A DNA stretch of 35,973 nucleotides, taken from Oxalobacteraceae bacterium. GTDB lineage: Bacteria; Pseudomonadota; Gammaproteobacteria; Burkholderiales; Burkholderiaceae_D. The notes beneath the pieces are model-generated. The model was not told the origin of the DNA. It ran no database searches and saw only the letters and a list, made by a program, of their open reading frames with translations. Position 1 is the first letter of the stretch. Each line of letters begins with the position of its first letter. The position numbers and the translations under genes are program-made. This document shows, one piece after another, positions 16,696 through 24,604 of the stretch. The stretch is taken from positions 16,941 through 52,913 of the forward strand of contig PKWO01000089.1 of NCBI GenBank assembly GCA_003132085.1, given 5' to 3'.

Positions 16696-18156
16696 ATGAT
16701 GCAACTAAAAGACCCTTCGCTGCTGCGGCAGCAAGCCTATCTGAACGGCGAGTGGTGCGACGCGGACAATGGCGAAACTTGCCCGGTTACTAATCCGGCT
16801 ACCGGCGAAATGATCGGTACGGTGCCGCAAATGGGCGCGGATGAAACTCGGCGGGCGATCGCGGCAGCCGACAGTGCCTGGCGCGGTTGGCGCGCTAAAA
16901 CCGGCAAGGAGCGCAGCGCCATCCTGCGCAAGTGGAATGATCTGATGCTGGCTAATGCCGACGATTTGGCAATGATCATGACGGTCGAGCAAGGCAAGCC
17001 GCTGGCCGAATCCAAGGGCGAAATCGGCTACGCAGCATCTTTTATCGAATGGTTTGCCGAAGAAGCCAAGCGCGTCAATGGCGACACCATGCAGTCCCCT
17101 TGGGCGGATCGCCGCATTGTCGTCATCAAACAGCCGATTGGCGTGTGCGCCGCCATTACACCGTGGAATTTCCCGTCGGCGATGATCACTCGCAAAGCCG
17201 GTCCGGCGCTAGCGGCAGGTTGTCCGATGGTATTGAAGCCGGCGATGGCGACGCCGTACTCGGCGTTGGCTTTGGCGGTATTGGGCGAACGCGCCGGAAT
17301 ACCGGTCGGCGTATTCAACGTCTTGACCGGATCGTCGCGCGCGATCGGCGGCGAGATGACATCCAACCCGACCGTACGCAAGCTGACCTTCACAGGTTCG
17401 ACCGAGGTCGGACGCATGCTGATGCAACAATGCGCGCCGACCATCAAGAAGCTGTCGCTGGAACTGGGCGGCAACGCGCCGTTCATCGTGTTTGACGATG
17501 CCGACCTGGATGCGGCGGTCGAGGGCGCCATCGTTTCCAAATACCGCAACGCCGGTCAGACTTGCGTGTGCGCCAACCGTTTGTATGTGCAAGACGGCGT
17601 ATACGACGCGTTCGCGAAAAAGCTGGTGGCTGCAGTCGAAGAACTCAAGGTCGGCAACGGCGTCGAGTCCGGCGTCACGCAAGGGCCGCTGATCGACGGC
17701 GCCGCAATCGAAAAAGTGGAACAACACATTGCTGATGCGATCGCGAAAGGCGGACGGCTGCTGACCGGCGGCAAGCGCCATGCGCTCGGGCATAGTTTCT
17801 TTGAACCCACCGTGATCGCCGATACCAGTTCCAATATGCTGGTGGCGCGCGAAGAAACCTTTGGGCCGCTGGCCCCGTTGTTTCGCTTCAAGACCGATGC
17901 CGAAGCGATCGAGTTGGCGAACGATACCGAATTCGGTCTTGCCAGCTATTTCTATTCGCGCGACATCGGCCGCATCTGGCGCGTCGCGGAAGGTCTGGAG
18001 AGCGGGATGGTTGGCATCAATACCGGCCTGATATCGAATGAAATCGCGCCGTTTGGCGGCGTCAAGCAATCCGGGCTTGGGCGCGAAGGCTCGAAGTATG
18101 GGATGGACGATTATCTGGTGATCAAATATCTGTGCATGGGTGGGTTGGATATGTAA
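16696..18156 (+). CDS. gabD: NAD(P)-dependent succinate-semialdehyde dehydrogenase
   Basis: The protein belongs to the aldehyde dehydrogenase family. The N-terminus (LLRQQAYLNGEWCDADNGETCPVTNPATGE) is GabD-like. The catalytic region reads LELGGNAPFIVFDDADL...NAGQTCVCANR. The start could be ATG 16696 or 16699. Confidence 0.8.
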   Translation: MMQLKDPSLLRQQAYLNGEWCDADNGETCPVTNPATGEMIGTVPQMGADETRRAIAAADSAWRGWRAKTGKERSAILRKWNDLMLANADDLAMIMTVEQGKPLAESKGEIGYAASFIEWFAEEAKRVNGDTMQSPWADRRIVVIKQPIGVCAAITPWNFPSAMITRKAGPALAAGCPMVLKPAMATPYSALALAVLGERAGIPVGVFNVLTGSSRAIGGEMTSNPTVRKLTFTGSTEVGRMLMQQCAPTIKKLSLELGGNAPFIVFDDADLDAAVEGAIVSKYRNAGQTCVCANRLYVQDGVYDAFAKKLVAAVEELKVGNGVESGVTQGPLIDGAAIEKVEQHIADAIAKGGRLLTGGKRHALGHSFFEPTVIADTSSNMLVAREETFGPLAPLFRFKTDAEAIELANDTEFGLASYFYSRDIGRIWRVAEGLESGMVGINTGLISNEIAPFGGVKQSGLGREGSKYGMDDYLVIKYLCMGGLDM

Positions 18157-18405
18157 TTGTTTGTTAGAAGATAGCCTTGCTTGCAGACCGCGTAGGTGTT
18201 ATGGATTCGCATGTGAGGCCATTTCGTTATTCTGATACGCTTAGCATCGTGCGCATCGGTTTTCGCAACTTGGGCATTTTCGTCGTCCTTCATCGTAAAA
18301 CTGACTAGGATTAAAACCCGGTCTTTAGGCCGAAAACCTCTAGTCTTACTGTGTCATAAATTGAATTATGTGCGTATACTGTTGAACTGTCTATAACGGC
18401 AGGAG

Positions 18406-18672
18406 ATGGGAATGACGAATTTGGCTGAGCTGGATATGTATCTTGAGCGGCTGTGCGACGCACTGGGCCATATGGATCGCCGGACAAGTCTGAAGGATTA
18501 CTGTCAAGGGCTGATGCTGCCGATCGCCCGCAAGAGCGTCGAGCCGCTGGCGGCGCACATCAAACCGACGCAAGTACGCGCCAAACACCAATCCCTTCAT
18601 CATTTCGTGGCGAAGTCGGCATGGTCGGACACGGCCGTCCTGCGCTCGGTGTGTGACCGGTTGAATCCGCAG
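18406..18672 (+). pseudogene. N-terminal fragment (~88 aa) of an IS701-like DDE transposase
   Basis: LERLCDALGHMDRRTSLKDYCQGLMLPIARKSVEPLAAHIKPTQVRAKHQSLHHFVAKSAWSDTAVLRSV matches the N-terminal region I remember for IS701-type transposases. The rest of the 142-aa ORF is not transposase-like, and no DDE domain follows in any frame. Confidence 0.55.
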
Positions 18673-18854
18673 TCGCCAAGGGCCAGTCGGCCTAACGGAT
18701 GCGGTCATTCGATTTTAATTTTTCCAATTATTCCGGCGACCGTCCGCCACCGTCAGCAATTTGGGTTAAGCGGAAATTGCCGGCTCTTCGGTCGACTGAC
18801 TGCAACACCTAAGGACCGGCCAGTCGGATCATAAAAAGTTCGCGCAAGCAACGG

Positions 18855-18900
18855 CCGCAGCACCCTCTTATGCATAGCTATACATAAGAGGGTGCTGCGG
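18855..18900. repeat. Perfect 18-bp inverted repeat with a 10-nt spacer
   Basis: ccgcagcaccctcttatg (18855-18872) / catagctata / cataagagggtgctgcgg (18883-18900). Neither strand has a flanking T-run. It lies between the two IS fragments. Confidence 0.9.
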
Positions 18901-19011
18901 ACGCTCATTATCCTGCCCGTGTCGAGGGAAAGTTACTCACCCTACCGGCGCAAGTCGCCATTATTCTTTGCTGCCTTGCATCAAGCGTTATCGCGCCAGA
19001 CACCATATGGA

Positions 19012-19171
19012 TCAAGCAATTGGCGGGTTATACGAGACATAGTTGGCCACCTTGTCGAAGCGTTCGATGGGACCTACTTCGCGAATAATTACCGGCGCAA
19101 GTATCCGGCCAATTCCTGCCACACTGTTTAGAAATTTGTACGCAACTCGTGCGGCAATGGGCGATAATCGC
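19012..19171 (-). pseudogene. C-terminal fragment of an IS110-family transposase (helix-hairpin-helix region)
   Basis: Hand translation of the minus strand gives YKFLNSVAGIGRILAPVIIREVGPIERFDKVANYVSYNPPIA*. This fits the IS110/Transposase_20 pattern L..hPGIG...A..hhhEhG.h.RF......SY.G. Its upstream end is cut exactly at the pyc stop codon (19172-19174), and the downstream part is lost to an early stop. Confidence 0.5.
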
Positions 19172-22100
19172 CTAGCTCCACTCAATCAGCAAATCCTTCG
19201 CGGCGACAACCGCACCCGGCTTCACATGGATATGTTTGATCACCACGTCGCGTTCGGCCCGAACCATAGTTTCCATCTTCATCGCCTCGATTGACACCAG
19301 GGGATCGCCTTTCGCCACTTTTTGCCCGGCTTTGACCGCGATGGTCACCACCATTCCGGGCATCGGCGCACCTAGATGAAGCAGATTGCCATCTTCCGCT
19401 TGCGGGTGGCCGACCGCCTTGACGGCACCGACGCGATCGATGCGGATCAGGCGCGGCTGCCCGTTGAGTTCAAAGAACAATTTGGCCTGCCCGCCCTCGA
19501 CCTCATCAGTTCGCCCCTGCAGACGCAGCACCAGGGTCTTGCCCTGATCGATGTCAATCGATATATCCTGTCCTTCCTGCAGGCCATAGAAAAATACCGA
19601 GGTCGGCAACACGCTGACGTCGCCATAATGGCGGAGGTGTTCGGCATAATCGCAAAACACTTTCGGGTACATCAGGTAGGAAGACAATTCCTGCTCGCTG
19701 ACCACGCGCCCAACCGCCTTTTCGGCCTGAATGCGTACCGCGTCGAAGTCAACCGGTGGCAGGCTGGCGCCAAGGCGACCTGACAACGGCTGGCTGCCTT
19801 GCAATATCTTGTGTTCCAGCTCTTTCGGGAAGCCGTCCGGCGGGAAGCCCAACTCGCCTTTGAACAGTGATATCACCGATTCCGGGAAATCTATTTCCTT
19901 GTCGGGATTGCGCACATCGTCCTTGGTTAAATCAGCAGCGACCATGAAAAGCGCCATGTCACCGACCACTTTGGAGGTCGGCGTGACTTTGACGATGTCG
20001 CCGAACAGTTGGTTGACATCTGCGTAGGCTTGCGACACCTCGTTCCACCGATGGATTAGGCCCATTGCGCGAGCCTGTTCGCGCAGGTTGGTATACTGGC
20101 CGCCTGGCATTCCATGGCGATATACGTCCGACGTTCCTGAGCGCATTTCTGCCTCGAACGGAGCGTAGAAGCGGCGCATCCCCTCCCAGTATTGGGAAAT
20201 CGCAAACATCGCATCGTGGTCGACACCAGGATCGCGCTCGCTGCCCTGAAGCGCTGCCGCGATTGAGCCCAGGTTGGGCTGCGAAGTCAGGCCGCTCATC
20301 GCGTCCATCGCGCCATCAACCGCATCGCAACCGGCTTCAACCGCTGCCAGTACACTGGCGGCCGAAATACCACTAGTGTCGTGCGTATGGAAATGGATCG
20401 GCAGTCCGACTTCATCCTTGATCGCCTTGACCAGCATACGCGCGGCTTCCGGCTTGCACACGCCGGCCATGTCCTTGATGCCGAGGATGTTGGCACCGGC
20501 ACGTTCCAGTTCCTTGGCCATCGTCACGTAATACTTGAGGTCATACTTCGGACGACCCTTGTCGAGCAGGTCGCCGGTATAGCAGATGGCTCCTTCGCAG
20601 AGCGCGCCGGCTTCGCGCACCGCATCTATCGCCACCCGCATGTTCTCCACCCAGTTGAGCGAATCAAATACCCGGAACACATCGACCCCACCCTTTGCTG
20701 CCTCCCGTACGAAATGCTGTACCACATTGTCCGGATAGTTGGTATAGCCGACCGCGTTGGAGCCGCGCAGCAGCATCTGGAAGAGGATATTGGGAACGCG
20801 CATACGCAGTTGCGACAGACGATCCCACGGATCTTCCTTCAGAAAGCGCATTGCCACGTCGAAAGTCGCGCCGCCCCAACACTCCAGCGAAAACAGGTTG
20901 GGCAGCATACGCGCATAATATGGCGCAATTGCGAGCATGTCGGCGGTACGCATGCGGGTTGCAAATAGCGACTGGTGCGCGTCGCGCATGGTGGTGTCGG
21001 TCAGCAGCACGCGCGGTTGTTCCAGCATCCATTGCGAGAATTTTTCCGGGCCCAATTCTAGCAACTTGTCACGGCTTCCGGGCAGGATAGGTGTCTGACG
21101 GCTGGATATAGGCAGGATCGGATGCGGCAGGATGCCCTCAGGGCTAGTGCGTCCTTTCATCTCCGGGTTGCCGTTGACCACTACTTCACCGACAAAACGC
21201 AGCAGGCGCGTGGCGCGGTCGCGGCGTTTGGCGAACTTGAACAATTCCGGCGTGCTGTCAATGAAGCGCGTGATGCACGCGCCTGACGTGAACTGCGGAT
21301 GGTTGATGACATTTTCGAGAAAGAGCAAATTGGTTGATACGCCGCGAATGCGAAATTCGCGCAACGCCCGATCCATGCGGGCAATCGCCTCATCGGAGGA
21401 TGGGCCCCAGGTTGTCACTTTCACCAGCAGCGAATCGTAGAAAGGGGTGATGATCGCACCGGAATAGGCGGTGCCTCCATCAAGCCGCACGCCGAAGCCT
21501 GCCGCGCTACGGTAGGCGGTCAGGCGGCCGTAATCCGGCGTAAAGTTTTTTTCAGGATCTTCGGTAGTGATCCGACATTGCAGCGCATGGCCGTTCAGCC
21601 GGATATCGGCTTGCGGTGGCACTCCGGCCAACGGAATGCCTTCGATAGTTTGGTGTGAACCGATCATCGCGCCTTCGCAAATGCGGATTTGCGCCTTGAC
21701 GATGTCGATGCCGGTAACTTGCTCGGTCACAGTATGCTCGACCTGGATGCGCGGATTGACTTCGATGAAATAAAACTTGCCGGTATCGGCATCCATTAGG
21801 AATTCGACCGTTCCGGCATGGGTATAGCCGACCGCACGGCCGAGACGCAATGCCGCTGCGCACAATTCAATACGGCTCGCCTCATCCAGGTAGGGTGCCG
21901 GCGCGCGCTCGACTACCTTCTGATTGCGGCGCTGTACGGTGCAGTCGCGCTCGAACAGGTGCACCAGATTACCGTGCTGGTCACCCAAAATTTGTACTTC
22001 AACATGGCGCGCACGACGCACCAGTTTCTCCAGGTACATCTCGTCACTGCCGAATGCCGCCAGTGCCTCGCGCCGCGCCATTTGCAAGTGCTCAGGCAAA

Positions 22101-22657
22101 TCGGCTTCAGTCTCAATCACGCGCATGCCGCGCCCGCCGCCACCCCAGCTAGCTTTAAGCATCAGCGGATATCCGACCTCAGAGGCCAGTCGTTTGGCAT
22201 CCTCGATTTCATACGGCAGTGCACCGGTAGCCGGCATTACCGGCACCCCGGCGGAAACGGCTGCTTTGCGTGCGGCGACCTTGTTGCCGAGAGTGCGCAT
22301 CACGTCTGGACTAGGGCCAATGAAGGCGATGCCATTGGCTGCGCAAGCCTCGGCAAAATCAGGATTTTCCGCCAGAAATCCGTAGCCGGGATGGATCGCA
22401 TCCACTTTTGCTTCCTTGGCGATGCGAATGATGTCGTCGATGTCGAGATAGGCGGCGATCGGCTTTTTGCCTTCGCCTACCAGATAACTTTCATCCGACT
22501 TGAAGCGATGCAGTGCAAAGCGGTCTTCGGCTGCGTAAATCGCAACCGTGCGAATGCCAAGCTCAGCTGCGGCACGCATGACGCGAATGCAAATTTCAGA
22601 CCGGTTGGCGATCAGAATCTTGCGTATGTGGCGCTGGATATGAAGTTTAATGGTCAT
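19172..22657 (-). CDS. pyc: Pyruvate carboxylase, single-chain (biotin carboxylase + carboxyltransferase + biotinyl domain)
   Basis: The protein is 1161 aa. The N-terminal ATP-grasp biotin carboxylase region reads KILIANRSEICIRVMRAAAELGI...GYGFLAEN. The central HMGL-like carboxyltransferase region contains FRVFDSLNW...HFHTHDTSG. The C-terminal biotinylation motif is EAMKME. Confidence 0.95.
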   Translation of the reverse strand: MTIKLHIQRHIRKILIANRSEICIRVMRAAAELGIRTVAIYAAEDRFALHRFKSDESYLVGEGKKPIAAYLDIDDIIRIAKEAKVDAIHPGYGFLAENPDFAEACAANGIAFIGPSPDVMRTLGNKVAARKAAVSAGVPVMPATGALPYEIEDAKRLASEVGYPLMLKASWGGGGRGMRVIETEADLPEHLQMARREALAAFGSDEMYLEKLVRRARHVEVQILGDQHGNLVHLFERDCTVQRRNQKVVERAPAPYLDEASRIELCAAALRLGRAVGYTHAGTVEFLMDADTGKFYFIEVNPRIQVEHTVTEQVTGIDIVKAQIRICEGAMIGSHQTIEGIPLAGVPPQADIRLNGHALQCRITTEDPEKNFTPDYGRLTAYRSAAGFGVRLDGGTAYSGAIITPFYDSLLVKVTTWGPSSDEAIARMDRALREFRIRGVSTNLLFLENVINHPQFTSGACITRFIDSTPELFKFAKRRDRATRLLRFVGEVVVNGNPEMKGRTSPEGILPHPILPISSRQTPILPGSRDKLLELGPEKFSQWMLEQPRVLLTDTTMRDAHQSLFATRMRTADMLAIAPYYARMLPNLFSLECWGGATFDVAMRFLKEDPWDRLSQLRMRVPNILFQMLLRGSNAVGYTNYPDNVVQHFVREAAKGGVDVFRVFDSLNWVENMRVAIDAVREAGALCEGAICYTGDLLDKGRPKYDLKYYVTMAKELERAGANILGIKDMAGVCKPEAARMLVKAIKDEVGLPIHFHTHDTSGISAASVLAAVEAGCDAVDGAMDAMSGLTSQPNLGSIAAALQGSERDPGVDHDAMFAISQYWEGMRRFYAPFEAEMRSGTSDVYRHGMPGGQYTNLREQARAMGLIHRWNEVSQAYADVNQLFGDIVKVTPTSKVVGDMALFMVAADLTKDDVRNPDKEIDFPESVISLFKGELGFPPDGFPKELEHKILQGSQPLSGRLGASLPPVDFDAVRIQAEKAVGRVVSEQELSSYLMYPKVFCDYAEHLRHYGDVSVLPTSVFFYGLQEGQDISIDIDQGKTLVLRLQGRTDEVEGGQAKLFFELNGQPRLIRIDRVGAVKAVGHPQAEDGNLLHLGAPMPGMVVTIAVKAGQKVAKGDPLVSIEAMKMETMVRAERDVVIKHIHVKPGAVVAAKDLLIEWS

Positions 22658-23158
22658 GATTTATGTAATGTAGACGGCTTCCACCGAAAATTTCTATCAA
22701 AGAAAGTGAGGCGTTGCACCGCCCCAAACCACGCTACCGAAACAACATGAGGAGACATACAAATAAGCTTGGTCTTGATCGAAGTTCAATATTCCACAGC
22801 AACGGGCAGCCTAGATTGGTTTGACCATCCTGCTGAAATATTGCAAGCGTTAACTGTACAGCGTCACAGTTTTGCGCACTTTCATTCATACGTCAGCTTC
22901 CTCCAACCGGGCGCTCATGGTTGCGAAAACTTTTTTCAAGTAACGAAGAAAATGGATCCCCCGCCGATTAGTCGAAAATTGGTAGAAAAACACACCGTAC
23001 TCCTCCATCATCATCTTTAGTTGAATAGCGCAGGAGGAGTCGCATCCCCACGTACTCCTACCGCGGGCATAGGCTGATTTTGGTGTAAACAAAACGGGGC
23101 TACCCTGTGATAGAAAAGAGTATGGCGTTGATATAGCAATTCAGTTGATTCGACATTT

Positions 23159-23416
23159 CTATCTTTCCCCGTTCTCTATCCCTACTCCTTTGACAAGCGA
23201 GGCAGCGCGCGCCACACGGGCAAGTTTGCGTTCGATCGAACAGGCTTTGCACTCATAGCCCATGCAGTTCCCCGACATATTGAAGAATTCAGCATCCGTG
23301 GGCCATAATTCACCGCAAGATCCACAAACCTGTTCTTCTCCCAGTTCTGTTTCTACCACCCGGCGAAATCCCTTTCGGATGCGTTTTAGCGATCCGAAAT
23401 TATTTGAATTTACCAT
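23159..23416 (-). CDS. Small Cys-rich (zinc-ribbon-like) hypothetical protein
   Basis: The protein is 85 aa with a CGSC...(17 residues)...C-x4-CKAC pattern. It is the last of three tandem small ORFs. Confidence 0.4.
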   Translation of the reverse strand: MVNSNNFGSLKRIRKGFRRVVETELGEEQVCGSCGELWPTDAEFFNMSGNCMGYECKACSIERKLARVARAASLVKGVGIENGER

Positions 23417-23425
23417 CTCTATTTC

Positions 23426-23695
23426 CTATTTTGGGCCGAGCACGAAGGTGCCAACAATGTTGCACCTCATCAGCGTCTTCCTGCTGCAATCGACTGCGCC
23501 GCTTTCCACTAACGACAAGATGCCGTCTTCAATCAGATGGGCGACATAGCTGCCGATGGCCTGCTGCACCGTACCGATGGCCGGCATCTCCACCTTCAGA
23601 ATTGGCTCTTCACTTTCCGCCAGTGCCGCTACTTGCGATACGTATACGTAGCACTTGCCATTGGCAAGCAGCGCATTCGAATTGACTTCCACCAC
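23426..23695 (-). CDS. Hypothetical small protein (89 aa from GTG), possibly the 3' part of a frameshifted gene
   Basis: The GTG start at 23695 lies 2 nt after the TAG of the upstream mini-ORF. The same frame stays open, and looks protein-like, for about 23 codons upstream (NGYSSLNLGIDYTKEAVAKLHLA). Confidence 0.35.
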   Translation of the reverse strand: MVEVNSNALLANGKCYVYVSQVAALAESEEPILKVEMPAIGTVQQAIGSYVAHLIEDGILSLVESGAVDCSRKTLMRCNIVGTFVLGPK

Positions 23696-23697
23696 CG

Positions 23698-23871
23698 CTA
23701 AGTGCAGTTTTGCAACAGCCTCCTTGGTGTAATCGATGCCAAGGTTGAGCGAAGAATAGCCATTGGTTCGCCAACATCGGTTGGCACGATGGTGGCATCG
23801 CCATCGTGAATCAACCAGATTGCCTGTTTGGGATTGGTGCGTTTACTGCGATAAAGCGCCGATATGGACAT
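23698..23871 (-). CDS. 57-codon mini-ORF (MSISALYRSKRTNPKQAIWLIHDGDATIVPTDVGEP...), possibly the 5' part of a frameshifted gene
   Basis: I translated this by hand from the minus strand. It is below the 60-aa cutoff of the ORF track. The last ~20 residues (AILRSTLASITPRRLLQNCT) look less protein-like than the overlapping alternative frame. Confidence 0.25.
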   Translation of the reverse strand: MSISALYRSKRTNPKQAIWLIHDGDATIVPTDVGEPMAILRSTLASITPRRLLQNCT

Positions 23872-23965
23872 CTTGTTTCCAAAATTTATCTACTTATTTT
23901 TTTCTTTTATATGACGACAGTCGGCTGACGGCGACAGAATCCGGCGTCACTTGTCCTGAACACCG

Positions 23966-24604
23966 TCAGGTAGAGAAATCGCGCGCAACAGGATCACCGC
24001 TGAAGTGTATCCACGGGCGCGCTTGTCGGTCGTGCTGCTGAAAGCGCTCAATTTCAGCGGCCAGACGTAGCGTCTGATCAATCTCGTCCAATCCGGCCAG
24101 CAAGGCGTCGCGCTGCGCTTCGGGGAAGATAAAAGATATCGGTGCGACCCCTTCCGCGCTCACGATACACCCCTGCAAATCCACTCTAACGCGACCGCCT
24201 GCGACCGCTGCGGTGGCAAGCAGGTCGATTGACGCTTTGTCCAGCGTGACCGCCAAGACACCGTTTTGCAGGCAGTTATTGAAAAAAATATCACCGAAGC
24301 TTTGTGCAATGATGCAACGAATGCCGAATTCGTCAAGCGCCCAGACAGCCATCTCACGGGAACTGCCGCAACCGAAATTGGCTCCAGCCAGCATGATCTG
24401 CGCTTCTCGGAATCCGACCTGGTTCAAGACGAAATCCTTATTCTCGTCGCCGTCCGGAAGATAGCGCCAGCTTTCAAATACCCAGCGCGCAAACTGGCCG
24501 CGTTTCAATTGGGCGATACGTTCGATGCGCACAATCAGATCGGTATCGATATTGTCCCGCAGCAACGGCGCCGCCACGCCTTCGCATATGGTGAAAGCTC
24601 TCAT
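23966..24604 (-). CDS. Aconitase-family dehydratase small subunit (LeuD-like)
   Basis: DNIDTDLIV...AGANFGCGSSREMAVWAL...IIAQSFGDIFFNNCLQNG is the LeuD/aconitase swivel-domain pattern. It overlaps the large-subunit gene by ATGA. Confidence 0.85.
   Translation of the reverse strand: MRAFTICEGVAAPLLRDNIDTDLIVRIERIAQLKRGQFARWVFESWRYLPDGDENKDFVLNQVGFREAQIMLAGANFGCGSSREMAVWALDEFGIRCIIAQSFGDIFFNNCLQNGVLAVTLDKASIDLLATAAVAGGRVRVDLQGCIVSAEGVAPISFIFPEAQRDALLAGLDEIDQTLRLAAEIERFQQHDRQARPWIHFSGDPVARDFST

Noticed and set aside
17209-18069. 286-aa minus-strand ORF opposite gabD; similar antisense ORFs at 10286-10957 (opposite the symporter), 15526-16032 (opposite the Fe-ADH) and 5424-5870 (opposite permease 2)
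   Set aside because: They are antisense to well-supported genes, have low-complexity Arg-rich translations and have no SD or family resemblance.
18673-18834. Remainder of the 142-aa ORF 18406-18834, treated as an intact gene
   Set aside because: Transposase-like sequence stops after about 88 aa. The rest (NPQSPRASRPNGCGHSILIFPIIPATV...) is not protein-like, and no catalytic DDE region follows. I therefore call it a truncated remnant.
18855-18900. 18-bp perfect inverted repeat as a rho-independent terminator for gabD or pyc
   Set aside because: There is no U/T tract after the stem on either strand. It lies about 700 nt from the gabD stop and about 270 nt from the pyc stop. A mobile-element or recombination relic is more plausible.
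21818-22750. 310-aa + strand ORF, and several other 100-195-aa + strand ORFs between 19376 and 22385, opposite pyc
   Set aside because: They lie entirely antisense to a full-length, motif-complete pyruvate carboxylase gene. Their translations are Arg/Ala/His-rich with no recognisable domains. These are typical shadow ORFs of GC-rich coding DNA.
22769-23092. ORFs 22769-23020 (+) and 22886-23092 (-) in the 500-nt region upstream of pyc
   Set aside because: They have TTG or weak starts without an SD, they overlap each other on opposite strands, and their translations have no family features. The region is more likely the pyc promoter and leader.
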